Origin: Candidatus Saccharimonadota bacterium
GTDB taxonomy: Bacteria > Pseudomonadota > Gammaproteobacteria > Enterobacterales > Enterobacteriaceae
Reading direction: 5' to 3'
DNA: 32,000 nucleotides
NCBI GenBank assembly: GCA_041941795.1
Contig: CP145872.1
Span: forward strand, 1-32,000
Shown: positions 1-14,015 of the stretch, piece after piece
How positions within the stretch are numbered: the first letter of the stretch is position 1
How the letters are laid out: the number at the start of each line of letters is the position of its first letter
Made by a program: the position numbers and the translations under genes
The notes under the pieces: model-generated
What the model saw: only the letters and a program-made list of their open reading frames with translations
What the model was told of the DNA's origin: nothing
Database searches by the model: none

Positions 1-55
1 GTTCTTTAAAAAAATGAAAAATTTTTGTAAAATACAGGACATTTGTGGGTTGTGA

Positions 56-2957
<2,902 letters not shown>

Positions 2958-2997
2958 ACAACACCAGAAATGTTCTCTTTAAAAGTAAGATTATTAG

Positions 2998-3115
2998 TCC
3001 AGACAGTTAAGCGCGGTAGAACCACCTGATTCCATCTCGAACTCAGTAGTGAAATGCCGTAGCACCTAGGGTAGTACGAGGTTCTCCTCGTGTGAGAGCA
3101 GGTATCTGTCTGGAT
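2998..3115 (+). rRNA. rrf: 5S ribosomal RNA
   Basis: Terminal helix TCCAGACAG...CTGTCTGGA. The internal strings CCACCTGATTCCATCTCGAACTCAGTAGTGAAATGCCGTAGC match the gammaproteobacterial 5S pattern (E. coli CCACCTGACCCCATGCCGAACTCAGAAGTGAAACGCCGTAGC). It lies about 40 nt after the 23S end. Ends are accurate to +/-2 nt. Confidence 0.93.
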
Positions 3116-3118
3116 CTT

Positions 3119-3577
3119 CTAATAATTATTTTTTGTCAGACGATATACTACCGCATCTAAGGCCAAGAAGTAACCTTCCGGACCTAATCCACAGATAAAA
3201 CCAGCTGCAATATCAGAAAAATAGGAATGTTTACGAAATTTTTCACGAGCATATATATTGGAGATATGCACCTCAATAAAGGGAATATTAACGGCTAGAA
3301 GTGCATCGCGTAATGCTATACTAGTATGAGTATAGCCTGCAGGATTAAGAATAATATAATCAATATGTTCATGTAAAGATTCGTAGATAATTTCAATTAG
3401 TTTATGCTCGGCATTGGATTGAAAATGATATAGTCTTATATTAAGAAATTTAGCCTGTGCTATCATTTGTTCTACAATTTCACTTAGTGTGAAGAATCCA
3501 TATTTGGTCGGCTCCCGTCTTCCTAAATAATTTAAATTAGGACCGTTTAAAAGTAAAATATTAAATGATTGTTCCAT
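3119..3577 (-). CDS. aroQ: 3-dehydroquinate dehydratase, type II
   Basis: 152 aa. Contains [35 protein letters not shown] and [17 protein letters not shown], the type II DHQase signature regions. Confidence 0.93.
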   Translation of the reverse strand: MEQSFNILLLNGPNLNYLGRREPTKYGFFTLSEIVEQMIAQAKFLNIRLYHFQSNAEHKLIEIIYESLHEHIDYIILNPAGYTHTSIALRDALLAVNIPFIEVHISNIYAREKFRKHSYFSDIAAGFICGLGPEGYFLALDAVVYRLTKNNY

Positions 3578-3631
3578 CTCGAATATGTTCTCCCTAGGCG
3601 ATCTCTTTTAAGATAAGAGGAGACCCGAATT

Positions 3632-3663
3632 ATTACCACTTGTTGGGAACAAAAAGTGGTAAT
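3632..3663. other. Perfect 10-bp stem hairpin (ATTACCACTT/AAGTGGTAAT, 12-nt loop) 55-86 nt upstream of the aroQ start
   Basis: Pairing checked base by base: 3632-3641 with 3654-3663. No U-tract on either strand, so it is not a canonical intrinsic terminator. Function unknown. Confidence 0.3.
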
Positions 3664-4014
3664 CTTAAAAAGATATTACAAATATATGTATTATTTTAAT
3701 TCTGTACACAAATAAAACTCCTAACTCAATGAAGATAATATCTTGTAATAATTAGTTTAATCGGAACACTCTGTTTCAATGAATATTTAAATTTTTAATT
3801 TTATTATAATAAAAGCGTAAGTAGAACTTAAATGAGAAAAAGATTAAGTTTACTATAACCATATCAGCAGAATGTTAAAAAAAAAAGACGAACATATTTA
3901 TTTATCTAGATAATAAACACATGTGAGGAGATGAAGGAAGTAATCGAAGGATGTACGACAAGACAGGAAAAAGATGTACTTCTTCTATTTATCTTATATT
4001 ACTCCCCACCTACT

Positions 4015-4039
4015 ACTAACTGGTATTCTACCAGTTAGT
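4015..4039. other. Perfect 11-bp stem / 3-nt loop hairpin (ACTAACTGGTA TTC TACCAGTTAGT) about 125 nt downstream of the yhgN stop
   Basis: Pairing checked base by base: 4015-4025 with 4029-4039. No adjacent U-tract. It could be a transcript-end or stability element for yhgN, or a relic. Confidence 0.3.
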
Positions 4040-4163
4040 TCTGGTTCTGAGATGAGGCTCAATTTGTTCTGGTGTCAGCATGATGGTAGTAACAAAGATT
4101 AGCTGACTTCAGAAGCTATTACCCAGTTTTAAGATAAAGAGTTTAGTTTATGGAACCTATTTA

Positions 4164-4769
4164 TCAGCTACTAAGATAAACACGCAGCCCATCTAAAATC
4201 ATTTGTGATCCTAACATGATTAATATCAATCCCATTAATCTTTCGAGGGCATTCAGACCTTTTTCTCCGAGAATTCGCAGAAAAATTCCAGATGACATCA
4301 AAATGACTAAGGTAGTTAACCATGCTACCAGTAAAGCAGCCATCATAGATATAATTTTATGTTGATATTTATGTGATAATAATATTAGGGTGGCTAATAC
4401 TGTGGGACCTGCTACTAGTGGCATAGCCAAAGGTACTATAAATGGTTCTTCACCAGCTGCTATATAAGTGTTAGCAGAAGATTGTTCGGAAGGAAAAATC
4501 ATTTTTATTGCAATCAAGAAAAGTACTATTCCTCCGGCAATAGAGACTATCTCGGTACGTAAATTTAACAGGGTAAGAATCTTTTCTCCTGTCAAGAAAA
4601 ACAAGATCATGATTATCAAGGCAATAATCATTTCCCGTATAATTATCAGATGCCGACGTTTATTTTCTAAAGGTTTTAAGATCAACATAAAAATAGGTAA
4701 ATTACCCAGAGGATCCATGACGAGAAATAAAAGCATGGTAACAGAAACTATTTCTTTCATAACAAACAT
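4164..4769 (-). CDS. yhgN: MarC/UPF0056-family inner membrane protein
   Basis: 201 aa, multi-pass hydrophobic. MDPLGNLPIFM, GEKIL, AGEEPFIVPLAMPLVAGPT and LGEKGLNALERLMGLIL match E. coli YhgN as recalled. It is divergent from asd, as in E. coli. The true start may be the Met 3 codons in (4760). Confidence 0.88.
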   Translation of the reverse strand: MFVMKEIVSVTMLLFLVMDPLGNLPIFMLILKPLENKRRHLIIIREMIIALIIMILFFLTGEKILTLLNLRTEIVSIAGGIVLFLIAIKMIFPSEQSSANTYIAAGEEPFIVPLAMPLVAGPTVLATLILLSHKYQHKIISMMAALLVAWLTTLVILMSSGIFLRILGEKGLNALERLMGLILIMLGSQMILDGLRVYLSS

Positions 4770-4986
4770 ACTCCTTACGGTTGAAGGTGTTCAAGTGAAA
4801 ATAATAATATTTTTTAATTTTAAAAAAAAGATACTTGTAAGTTCAGTGTAATATTTAAAAATGGTAAAAGATATAATCAATAATTGATGTTAATTGTCAC
4901 GGAGATCCTTTTTCCATCAAGATAAAGTATGCAATTGCGATCATTATCCAAAAAATGGCAAGAGAAATAAGTTTTGAGGCAATATT

Positions 4987-6099
4987 ATGAAAACTATAGG
5001 TTTCATTGGATGGCGTGGAATGGTTGGTTCAGTACTTCTCAAACGGATGAGAGAAGAAAATGATTTTGATAAACTAACACCTATATTTTTTTCTACTTCC
5101 CAAGCGGGTCAAAGATTATTCTTATTTAACAAAAAATTCCCCTTAATATTACATAATGCATATGACCTAGAGACTTTGAAGGAAATAGATATTATCCTGA
5201 GCTGTCAAGGCGACAGTTATACCCTTAACATCTATCCCAAATTACGTAATATGGGATGGCAGGGCTATTGGATAGATGCGGCATCATACTTACGTCTTCA
5301 AGAAGATGCAGTTATCATTCTCGATCCCATCAATCGTTTGGTAATAGATGAAGCACTCAATAAAGGCATCAAAACGTTTGTAGCAGGTAATTGTACGGTT
5401 AGTTTGATGCTCATGTCGCTGGGAGGATTATTTTCTAATTATCAAGAGTTGATTGAATGGGTGTCAGTTTCAACTTATCAAGCGGCGTCAGGAGCCGGTT
5501 CACGACATATGCGAGAATTATTAAAACAGATGGGAATTTTGTATCAAAGTGTACGAGGAGATTTAGATAATCCCGCCGTCTCTATTCTGGATCTGGAACA
5601 AAAAGTCACTACCATTAGTCGTAGTACTAATATGACGGTACAAAATTTCGATGTTCCTTTAGCAGGTAGTTTGATACCTTGGATTGATAAAGAAATTCAA
5701 AAAGGGCAAAGTCGCGAAGAATGGAAAGTACAAGCAGAAACTAATAAAATATTGCAAACTAAAAATGATATTCCAATAGATGGCATTTGTGTTCGGGTAG
5801 GGTCATTACGTTGTCATAGTCAATCCTTTATAATTAAACTTAAAAAAGACGTACCCATGAAAGATATTGAACATCTGATCTCATCCCACAATCAATGGGT
5901 CCAGGTTATACCTAATACTCGTGAGCATACAATGTATGAGCTTACCCCAACCGCTGTTACTGGGACTCTTAGCACTCCTGTAGGAAGGTTGCGTAAATTA
6001 TCCATGGGACCCAAATATTTGTCCGCTTTTACAGTAGGAGATCAGCTAAATTGGGGAGCTTCGGAACCATTACGCCGCATGGTCAATCTACTTACCTAA
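4987..6099 (+). CDS. asd: aspartate-semialdehyde dehydrogenase
   Basis: 370 aa. N-terminal [13 protein letters not shown], active-site [10 protein letters not shown] and [10 protein letters not shown]. Collinear with E. coli Asd. Confidence 0.95.
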   Translation: MKTIGFIGWRGMVGSVLLKRMREENDFDKLTPIFFSTSQAGQRLFLFNKKFPLILHNAYDLETLKEIDIILSCQGDSYTLNIYPKLRNMGWQGYWIDAASYLRLQEDAVIILDPINRLVIDEALNKGIKTFVAGNCTVSLMLMSLGGLFSNYQELIEWVSVSTYQAASGAGSRHMRELLKQMGILYQSVRGDLDNPAVSILDLEQKVTTISRSTNMTVQNFDVPLAGSLIPWIDKEIQKGQSREEWKVQAETNKILQTKNDIPIDGICVRVGSLRCHSQSFIIKLKKDVPMKDIEHLISSHNQWVQVIPNTREHTMYELTPTAVTGTLSTPVGRLRKLSMGPKYLSAFTVGDQLNWGASEPLRRMVNLLT

Positions 6100-6108
6100 A
6101 TTTTATCT

Positions 6109-7617
6109 CTATAAGAGAGATCTTTTCGGTACGTTAAAATTTAACCATTCAACAATCCGTTTCTGTTGTAACTGAGTAAGCCAGATTCCTAATTTAGTAC
6201 GACGCCATATTGCATCTTCTATTGTATACACCCATTCATTTTTCACTAAATAATGCAATTCAGCTTCATAAAAATCATGTCCAAAATTTTCACCTAAATC
6301 AGAAATCTTGCTTATATCTTTAAGAATCAGCTCGCTATTACTACCGTAGGTATACGCATATCGTTTAGCGAGTGATGGTCCAAGAAACCCATATCGTTCA
6401 TACAAATAATTAGCATAATGGACACGATTTCTTCCTAAATGTCCCCCAGGTAAGATATTATTTTGGGTCCATGACGAACCAGTATGGGGAAAAAATTTCG
6501 CTAACATATTAAGTGCTTGTTCCGATAATTTTCTATAAGAAGTAATTTTTCCTCCAAAAATCGATATTAAAGGAGTTTTTCCGTGAAAGTCATTGAGATC
6601 TAAAACATAGTTTCGGGTAATATATTGTGGTTTATTAGATTTATCATCATATAAAGGCCGAACCCCGGAATAAGACCAAATAATGTCTTGTTTGTAAATT
6701 TTTTTCTTAAAGTAATGGTTACAAACTTCAATTAGGTAGCTAATTTCTTCCTCCGAAATAATAGGATTTTTAGGATTATCTTTATATTCTATATCGGTAG
6801 TACCAATAAGAGAAAAATCTTCCATCCAAGGAATAACAAAAATAATTCGATCATCTGTATGTTGCAAAATATAGGCGTAAGGTTCTGCGTGAATTCTAGG
6901 AACAACAATATGACTACCTTTGATCAAACGGAGACGATATTGAGAAGGACGTTTTACTACTTCCTCTAGGACTTTGTTAACCCAAGGTCCAGCAGCATTT
7001 ACCAATCCTTTAGATCGCCATATTACTATTTTTCCACTATCTATATCCTCTGCTGTTACATGCCATAAATTATTTTCTCGTTTAGCACCAATTACACGAA
7101 AACGCGTGTGTACTTCACTTCCATGTCTTATTACTTCTTGGGCATTAGATATAACTAAACGTGCATCGTCTACCCAACAGTCCGAATATTCAAAACCTCG
7201 TGATATGTATGTCTCTAAAACTGAGGAATTTTCACCGAATCTGATACTTTTACTCTTAGGTAAACTATTTTTTCTTAAGTGATCATATATAAAAAGTCCC
7301 ATTCTAATCATCCATGCGGGACGTAAATGTGAACAATGAGGAAGCCGAAATCGCAGGGGAAAAACAATATGTGGTGCTGACTTTAATATTATTTCACGTT
7401 CTGATAGTGCTTCGCTAACTAATTTAAACTCATAATGTTCCAGGTAACGTAATCCACCGTGAATTAATTTAGAACTGGCGGAAGATGTAGCACAAGCTAA
7501 GTCGTGTGCTTCTAAAACGAGCACTGATAGTCCACGACCCGCAGCATCGGCTGCAATACCAACACCATTAATACCACCTCCGATTACAATTAAATCTTTT
7601 AATGTTTTGATTTCCAT
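6109..7617 (-). CDS. glpD: aerobic glycerol-3-phosphate dehydrogenase (FAD)
   Basis: 502 aa. DLIVIGGGINGVGIAADAAGRGLSVL FAD fold, CATSSASSKLIHGGLRYLEHYEF. Full-length collinearity with E. coli GlpD. Confidence 0.95.
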   Translation of the reverse strand: MEIKTLKDLIVIGGGINGVGIAADAAGRGLSVLVLEAHDLACATSSASSKLIHGGLRYLEHYEFKLVSEALSEREIILKSAPHIVFPLRFRLPHCSHLRPAWMIRMGLFIYDHLRKNSLPKSKSIRFGENSSVLETYISRGFEYSDCWVDDARLVISNAQEVIRHGSEVHTRFRVIGAKRENNLWHVTAEDIDSGKIVIWRSKGLVNAAGPWVNKVLEEVVKRPSQYRLRLIKGSHIVVPRIHAEPYAYILQHTDDRIIFVIPWMEDFSLIGTTDIEYKDNPKNPIISEEEISYLIEVCNHYFKKKIYKQDIIWSYSGVRPLYDDKSNKPQYITRNYVLDLNDFHGKTPLISIFGGKITSYRKLSEQALNMLAKFFPHTGSSWTQNNILPGGHLGRNRVHYANYLYERYGFLGPSLAKRYAYTYGSNSELILKDISKISDLGENFGHDFYEAELHYLVKNEWVYTIEDAIWRRTKLGIWLTQLQQKRIVEWLNFNVPKRSLL

Positions 7618-7664
7618 ATCAGCTCATTCCACTCCTCAATGGTTCTATTGATAGCTAAATCAGC

Positions 7665-8252
7665 TTAATAGTAAGAGTGATCGCCTCGATGATGTGCAGT
7701 TGCGTCCCGAACGCCTTTAAGTTCCGGAAAATGGTGTAACAATGTTTTTTCAATATGTTCCTTCAAGGTCAAATAAGCCATTGAACATCCATTGCAACCA
7801 CCACTAAAGTTCAAAATAACAAAACCTTCCGGAGTAATTTCTGTCAAGCTTACATATCCTCCATGTTCATGGAGTTTTGGATTAATTTGAATATTAAGAA
7901 CATATTTGATCCGGTCTGTTAATGACATATCGTCATCTTGGATAACATCCTTGATCTTAGGTGCTTTCAATATCAGCTGTGATTCCAGCAAATCTTGATT
8001 ATTAAATAAATCTATTTCCGCATCTTCAAGCCAAGGAGCACTATTAACATCAATATAAATTGAAAATTGGGGAAATGTTAATTCAACATCATCTCCTGAA
8101 ATTGAATTAGCTAAGCAAAAAGTTAGTCCACATTCCGCATAATAAGTTCCAGGATTAGTTACATATATGCGAAGGTGTGTACTTTCTGTCTGACTAGATA
8201 ACAACTGGAGCAAATGTTCTTGTGCGGCACTACTGATTTTAATACGGATCAT
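7665..8252 (-). CDS. nfuA: Fe-S cluster carrier protein NfuA
   Basis: 195 aa. Degenerate A-type N-domain plus Nfu C-domain with GGCNGCSM. The C-terminal RGDHSYY resembles E. coli RGEHSYY. Confidence 0.93.
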   Translation of the reverse strand: MIRIKISSAAQEHLLQLLSSQTESTHLRIYVTNPGTYYAECGLTFCLANSISGDDVELTFPQFSIYIDVNSAPWLEDAEIDLFNNQDLLESQLILKAPKIKDVIQDDDMSLTDRIKYVLNIQINPKLHEHGGYVSLTEITPEGFVILNFSGGCNGCSMAYLTLKEHIEKTLLHHFPELKGVRDATAHHRGDHSYY

Positions 8253-8566
8253 AGATCCTACCTAAAAATAGTTAATGAAAATGTTTCTTATAAGAAGATT
8301 ATATTCTTCTATTTTAGATCTAAATTACAAAACTACAACCTAAATATTATGAATTAATTTTATATCCTTTGTAATCTTTGGTCTCTCTTCCTCATAAAAT
8401 ATTATTATTCAATTTTTTTGCACTAAGAGTAGTATTTAAGTTATGAAGAAAATAAACATGAAATTATCAAGGATAATCATCTTATTCCTTCTATTATTAG
8501 TCATCAAATAGACTATATTACTTAGTTTTCAGAGTTCCTACTTTATTTAGTACGTTATAAACGAAA

Positions 8567-10198
8567 TTAAAGAATAGGACCTGCACGTAGTAAGTGGGTG
8601 ACTTTCGGACAAGTACGGTATTTTTTAAAGTTATTAATAAACTGATGTGCTAAATGTCTAGCATTTGTTATCCATTGATCAGGATGGGGATAAGAATTGC
8701 GAGGATCCAGAATATTATTGTTAATACCCGCAATCTCTACGGGAACGGCAAGATTAAATATAGGTAATGTGATCGTACTACTCTTTAACAACACCTGATT
8801 ATTCAATATAGCATTAATAATAACACGAGTATCCCACAGAGAAATTCTCTTTCCTAAACCATTCCAACCAGTATTAACCAGAAAAGTTTCTGCCTGGGCA
8901 GCCTTTATATACTTGAAGAGTATAGCGGCATACTTACTGGGATGTAAAAGTAAAAAAGCTGCTCCAAAACAAGCGGAAAAAGTGGGGATATTGTTTTTGA
9001 TTCCTCGTTCAGTACCGGTAATTTTAGATGTAAATCCCGATAAAAAATAGTATTGTGTTTGCATGGCAGTAAGCCTCGAGACAGGAGGAAATACCCCACA
9101 AGCATCGGCAGTGAGAAAAATAATCTTCTTGGCATGTCCTGCTTTTGAAACGGGACGCACAATGTTCTTGATATGTTCGAGAGGATATGAAACCCGAGCA
9201 TTTTCTGTAGTGCTAGTATCATAAAAATCTATTGAACCGTCATTCTGTACCCTAACGTTTTCCAACAGTGCATTTCGTCGGATTGCATGGTAAATATCGG
9301 GTTCTTCTTGTTCGGAAAGGTTCATAGTCTTAGCATAACATCCACCTTCCAAATTAAAGACACCATTACGATCCCATCCATGCTCATCATCTCCTATTAA
9401 TTTACGTTGTTGATCAGTAGAGAGGGTGGTTTTACCAGTACCCGAAAGACCAAAAAAAAGTGCTACATCACCTTTTGGTCCCATATTAGCTGAGCAATGC
9501 ATAGATGCTATTCCTTTCCCGGGAAGGAAATAATTCATAATAGAGAATAATCCCTTTTTTATTTCTCCTCCGTACCAAGTTCCACCTATAAGTTGGATAT
9601 TTTCAGTCAGATTAAACGCAATAAAATTTTCTGAATTTAATCCGTGTTCTTGCCATAAATGATTAGTGCATTTAGCAGCATTCATAAGTACAAAATCAGG
9701 AGTAAAATTTTTTAACTCTTCTTCTTCGGGACGAATAAACATATTAGTCACAAAATGTGCCTGCCATGCTACTTCAGTAAAAAAACGTACTGCTAAACGA
9801 GCCTCGGAGTTAGAGCCACACCAAGCATCTACAATAAAAATTCGCTTTCCTGATAGTTGTTTTGTAACAATCTTTTTAAGATCTGTCCAAATTTCAGGAG
9901 AGAGAGGATGATTATCACTCTGTCCCTCCTCTCCTTGATCAGACCACCATATTTTATGATTAGTATTATCATCACGTACGACATATCTATCTTGAGGAGA
10001 CCTCCCTGTAAAAATTCCAGTATTAACGGCGATAGCACCGCATTTAGTTATAATTCCACGTTCCAATTGTGTTAACTCGGGGTGAGTTTCCTCCCGATAT
10101 AAAGTGTCATAATCTGGATTATAAATTATTTCGATAGTATTAATAATATTATAATTGATTAGATCTTTTTTAGTAGGTCCATTCCTAAAAATACCCAT
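8567..10198 (-). CDS. pckA: phosphoenolpyruvate carboxykinase (ATP)
   Basis: 543 aa. [26 protein letters not shown] (kinase-1a) and LIGDDEHGW. Collinear with E. coli PckA. Confidence 0.95.
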   Translation of the reverse strand: MGIFRNGPTKKDLINYNIINTIEIIYNPDYDTLYREETHPELTQLERGIITKCGAIAVNTGIFTGRSPQDRYVVRDDNTNHKIWWSDQGEEGQSDNHPLSPEIWTDLKKIVTKQLSGKRIFIVDAWCGSNSEARLAVRFFTEVAWQAHFVTNMFIRPEEEELKNFTPDFVLMNAAKCTNHLWQEHGLNSENFIAFNLTENIQLIGGTWYGGEIKKGLFSIMNYFLPGKGIASMHCSANMGPKGDVALFFGLSGTGKTTLSTDQQRKLIGDDEHGWDRNGVFNLEGGCYAKTMNLSEQEEPDIYHAIRRNALLENVRVQNDGSIDFYDTSTTENARVSYPLEHIKNIVRPVSKAGHAKKIIFLTADACGVFPPVSRLTAMQTQYYFLSGFTSKITGTERGIKNNIPTFSACFGAAFLLLHPSKYAAILFKYIKAAQAETFLVNTGWNGLGKRISLWDTRVIINAILNNQVLLKSSTITLPIFNLAVPVEIAGINNNILDPRNSYPHPDQWITNARHLAHQFINNFKKYRTCPKVTHLLRAGPIL

Positions 10199-10573
10199 GT
10201 AATTACTGCTCCATTATCATTCGGCAAAAAATATTATTTTCCATGTTATAATCGCACAACTTAATAGGAATTTGCTGAGATTAATAAATCGAGTTTTATC
10301 AAAAAAAAAACTATTATAATAGATATGAGGTTAGTAGTAGTGCATAGTACATAAAAAAACGGTTAATACTACTAATTAATCTAAAACATTTATTTATACT
10401 TCAAGATTTTTTGTTAAAAAAAGAGAAAATCTTACGTTATGATCATGCATTAATAATTTATTATAAGCCTCAAATACAGAGCAAATAATATGGCTATGTT
10501 AGCATGATATAAACAACTTAACATATCAACGGTGTCGATTAGACTCTTTAACTCAAAATAAATAATGGTAAGA

Positions 10574-11098
10574 ATGGTAGAGAAACGCAATATATTTTTG
10601 ATTGGTCCCATGGGTGCGGGAAAAAGTACTATTGGCCGCATATTAGCTCAACAACTAAATATGGAGTTTTTTGATTCTGATCAAGAAATTGAACGACGTA
10701 CTGGAGCCGATATAAGCTGGGTGTTTGATGTAGAGGGGGAAGAAGGTTTTCGGATCCGCGAGGAAAAAATTATTAATGAAATGACTGAAAAACAAGCCAT
10801 TGTCCTCGCTACAGGAGGAGGAGCGGTGCAATCACGTTATAACCGTAAGCGCCTATCGTCGCGAGGGGTAGTGGTGTATCTACATACTACTGTGGAAGAA
10901 CAAATGGTGCGGACACAACGGGATAAAAAAAGACCTTTGTTACAAGTAAATAGTTGTTCACCCCGTGAAATTCTTCAATCTCTTGCCACTGAGCGTAATC
11001 CTTTGTATGAGGAAATAGCCGATATTAAAATTTGTACTGATGATAAAAGTGCTAAAGTGGTCGTCAACCAAATCATAATTTTTCTTAAAAATAGTTAA
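10574..11098 (+). CDS. aroK: shikimate kinase I
   Basis: P-loop [11 protein letters not shown]. From the ATG at 10574 the product begins MVEKRNIFL, matching E. coli MAEKRNIFL. The ORF track starts 3 codons earlier (10565), which is an alternative start. Confidence 0.93.
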   Translation: MVEKRNIFLIGPMGAGKSTIGRILAQQLNMEFFDSDQEIERRTGADISWVFDVEGEEGFRIREEKIINEMTEKQAIVLATGGGAVQSRYNRKRLSSRGVVVYLHTTVEEQMVRTQRDKKRPLLQVNSCSPREILQSLATERNPLYEEIADIKICTDDKSAKVVVNQIIIFLKNS

Positions 11099-11121
11099 GA
11101 GATGCAGCATGGGTGATTAAT

Positions 11122-12219
11122 ATGGAAAGAATAATAGTTAATTTGCAGGAACGTAGTTACCCTATTGCTATAGCTCCTGGTTTGTTAAAGAAAGCGATTA
11201 ATTTTTGTCCTTTAAAGGCCGAAGAACAAACCATGATAGTGACTAATAATACTATAGCGGCTATCTATCTTCATAAGATAGTAACAGTATTAAAAAAGGC
11301 CAGAGTCTTAGTAGATTATATTATTCTCCCTGATGGAGAGGAATATAAAAATTTACATTCTTTAAATTACTTATTTAGTGTCCTTTTGAAAAAAGCACAT
11401 GGACGTGATACCACCCTAATTGCTTTAGGTGGAGGAGTAATTGGGGATATAACTGGATTCGCAGCCGCTAGTTATCAGCGTGGAGTACGTTTAATTCAAG
11501 TGCCCACTACCCTGTTATCACAGGTAGATTCGTCCGTAGGAGGAAAAACTGCAGTCAATCATCCTCAAGGAAAAAATATGATTGGTGCTTTTTATCAACC
11601 AGCTTCAGTGGTAATAGATATTAGTTGTCTAAATACTTTACCTAAACGAGAACTTATTTCTGGCCTCGCCGAAGTCATAAAATATGGTTTGGCATTCGAT
11701 AGGAGTTTTTTTCATTGGTTAGAAGAGAATATTGATAATTTATTAACGCTTGAAGAACTAGCAATAATACAGTGTATACGTTATTGTTGTGAATTGAAAG
11801 CTAAGATAATTGCTGCTGATGAACGAGACCAAAGTGGGTGGCGATCGTTACTAAACTTAGGACATACTTTTGGACACGCTATAGAAATAGAGTTAGGATA
11901 TGGAAAATGGCTTCATGGAGAAGCAGTATCCGCAGGATTAGTAATAGCTTGCAGAACGGCTGAAAAAATCGGGAGGCTGAAAAGCAGTGTGACTGAGCGG
12001 GTAATTTCATTATTAAAACGTGCGGGTTTACCCGTAAGTATTCCACCTATTCTCCAACCTAACCGATTATTTCCACACATGTTGCGAGATAAAAAAATGA
12101 TGTCCAGAAAGTTACAATTAGTATTACCTTTAAGTTTAGGTAAAGCACAAGTATGTAAGAGTATTTCTTATGATCTCATCATCTCTGCTATTGAAGATAG
12201 CCATCAAAAAATTTACTAG
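11122..12219 (+). CDS. aroB: 3-dehydroquinate synthase
   Basis: [42 protein letters not shown] and [12 protein letters not shown]. The ATG at 11122 gives MERIIVNL, like E. coli MERIVVTL. The ORF-track GTG at 11113 is a possible alternative start. Confidence 0.94.
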   Translation: MERIIVNLQERSYPIAIAPGLLKKAINFCPLKAEEQTMIVTNNTIAAIYLHKIVTVLKKARVLVDYIILPDGEEYKNLHSLNYLFSVLLKKAHGRDTTLIALGGGVIGDITGFAAASYQRGVRLIQVPTTLLSQVDSSVGGKTAVNHPQGKNMIGAFYQPASVVIDISCLNTLPKRELISGLAEVIKYGLAFDRSFFHWLEENIDNLLTLEELAIIQCIRYCCELKAKIIAADERDQSGWRSLLNLGHTFGHAIEIELGYGKWLHGEAVSAGLVIACRTAEKIGRLKSSVTERVISLLKRAGLPVSIPPILQPNRLFPHMLRDKKMMSRKLQLVLPLSLGKAQVCKSISYDLIISAIEDSHQKIY

Positions 12220-12281
12220 GGGTAATTAAGAGATCAAAAATTAATATTATTTTTTCCTCCCTACAAAAATGAGAAAAATAA

Positions 12282-12977
12282 ATGAAACATTTACTGTCAT
12301 GCTCGATTTTATCGGCAGATTTTGCCTGCTTAGGGGAAGAGACTGCTAGTGTTATAGCCGCCGGAGTGGATAGGGTACACTTCGATGTCATGGATAATCA
12401 CTATGTACCTAATTTAACTATAGGACCAATGGTATTAAGATCTCTTAGAAATTATGGAATTACAGCTCCCATTGAGGTCCATCTTATGGTTTCCCCGGTA
12501 GATGGAATTATTCCAGAATTTGCTCGTGCAGGGGCTAGTATTATTGTTTTTCATCCTGAAACATCAGCGAACATTAACAAAGCTCTGACTCTCATTAAAA
12601 AATATGATTGTCAAGCTGGTTTAGTATTAAATCCTGATACTCCGTTTGAGAAAATTCAATCTGTTATTTCTCACCTAGATGTAATTGTGGTGATGTCGGT
12701 GTCCCCCGGATTTGGAGGACAATCTTTTCTGCCGACGACATTCTTCAAAATACGTCAGATACGTAAACTAATTAATTCTCTGGGCTATAATAATATTGAT
12801 CTAGAAGTAGATGGAGGAGTCAATGTAAATAACATTAGCGCTATTGCTAGAGCGGGCGCTGATATTTTGGTCATAGGATCAGCAATTTTTAGTGAATCAA
12901 AAAATAATTATAAGCAAGTAATTAACTCTATGCGTGCTGAATTATCCAAAGATCGTGCAATTAATTTACCAAATTAG
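12282..12977 (+). CDS. rpe: ribulose-phosphate 3-epimerase
   Basis: 231 aa. SILSADFA, HFDVMDNHYVPNLTIGP, PGFGGQSF and EVDGGV. Confidence 0.94.
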   Translation: MKHLLSCSILSADFACLGEETASVIAAGVDRVHFDVMDNHYVPNLTIGPMVLRSLRNYGITAPIEVHLMVSPVDGIIPEFARAGASIIVFHPETSANINKALTLIKKYDCQAGLVLNPDTPFEKIQSVISHLDVIVVMSVSPGFGGQSFLPTTFFKIRQIRKLINSLGYNNIDLEVDGGVNVNNISAIARAGADILVIGSAIFSESKNNYKQVINSMRAELSKDRAINLPN

Positions 12978-13007
12978 AGCCTAGAACAGACTCAGGATTT
13001 TTTTGAA

Positions 13008-14015
13008 ATGAACAAACCTATAGTATTTAGTGGTACTCAACCTTCAGGCGAGTTAACTCTTGGTAATTATATAGGGGCATTACGTCAATGGGTGCAACTG
13101 CAGGATAAGTATCAATGTATATATAGTATCGTGGATTTACATGCGATAACGGTACGCCAAGATTACACGAAATTACGTACCGCCACGTTAGATACGTTGG
13201 CACTCTATTTAGCGTGCGGTTTAGAAGCTCAAAAATGCATTATTTTTGTTCAATCACATGTTGCGGAACATACACAGTTACATTGGATCTTAAACTGTTA
13301 CACTTACTTAGGTGAATTAAGTCGCATGAGACAATTTAGGAATAAAATTGTACGTAAGGATAGTACTAGTGCAGGATTATTTAATTATCCGATATTAATG
13401 GCAGCTGATATTCTATTGTATCAAACTCAGCATGTACCTGTTGGGGAAGACCAGAAACAACATTTAGAATTAAGTCGCACTATTGCTCATCGGTTTAATA
13501 AAATTTATGGTCCTGTATTCACTATTCCTAAGCCTGTTATTTCTCAATGGGGATCTCGAGTCATGTCTCTCCTGGAACCTACTAAAAAAATGTCTAAATC
13601 GGATGATAACAGAAACAATATTATTGGACTTCTAGAATCTCCTAGCTCAGTTTTAAAAAAAATAAAAAGAGCTGTTACTGATTCAGAATTACCTCCTATC
13701 ATACGTTATGATATAAAAAATAAACCGGGAGTTTCTAACTTATTAAATATTTTATCTGTAATCAGTGGAAAAAGTATTCCAGAATTAGAAAAAGAATTCT
13801 CACATAAAATGTATGATCACCTGAAAATTTCAGTCGCACATGCTGTTTGTGAGCTGCTGAGAAAAATACAAAAAAAATATAATCGATTTCGGAGTGATGA
13901 GGTGTTACTTCATAAAATTATTCAGGAAGGTGCCTTAAAAGCTCGTGGGAAAGCTCAAAATACTCTTCTGCAAGTCTATGAAGCCATAGGATTACACTCT
14001 TTTAGGAAAAAGTAG
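13008..14015 (+). CDS. trpS: tryptophan--tRNA ligase
   Basis: 335 aa. [16 protein letters not shown] (HIGH-equivalent), [13 protein letters not shown] and KMSKS. Collinear with E. coli TrpS. Confidence 0.95.
   Translation: MNKPIVFSGTQPSGELTLGNYIGALRQWVQLQDKYQCIYSIVDLHAITVRQDYTKLRTATLDTLALYLACGLEAQKCIIFVQSHVAEHTQLHWILNCYTYLGELSRMRQFRNKIVRKDSTSAGLFNYPILMAADILLYQTQHVPVGEDQKQHLELSRTIAHRFNKIYGPVFTIPKPVISQWGSRVMSLLEPTKKMSKSDDNRNNIIGLLESPSSVLKKIKRAVTDSELPPIIRYDIKNKPGVSNLLNILSVISGKSIPELEKEFSHKMYDHLKISVAHAVCELLRKIQKKYNRFRSDEVLLHKIIQEGALKARGKAQNTLLQVYEAIGLHSFRKK

Noticed and set aside
1-55. A promoter for a stand-alone 23S-5S operon in the 55 nt before the 23S gene
   Set aside because: The visible sequence (GTTCTTTAAAAA...CATTTGTGGGTTGTGAGGTTAAGC) resembles the distal 16S-23S spacer and processing-stem region of enterobacterial rrn operons, not a -35/-10 pair. 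The window is too short to tell whether a 16S gene or tRNA lies upstream.
4468-4851. Antisense or overlapping ORFs in the track: 4468-4851, 6974-7282, 8905-9222, 9666-9911, 9829-10038, 9857-10075, 10450-10641, 12188-12391, 16379-16561, 16931-17128, 19691-19909, 24708-24959 and 31093-31296
   Set aside because: Each is embedded in, or antisense to, a well-supported conserved gene (yhgN, glpD, pckA, aroK, aroB/rpe, serC/aroA, rpsA, folE, trxB). None has a recognisable motif or Shine-Dalgarno. All have Ile/Leu/Lys/Phe/Ser-rich composition, as expected from AT-rich shadow frames.
8443-8511. 22-codon hydrophobic ORF (MKKINMKLSRIIILFLLLLVIK) between nfuA and pckA, resembling a signal peptide or a type I toxin
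   Set aside because: It has no Shine-Dalgarno and no antisense-RNA-like structure nearby. Leu/Ile/Phe/Lys-rich short ORFs arise readily by chance in AT-rich spacers. It could be the leftover signal peptide of a deleted gene.
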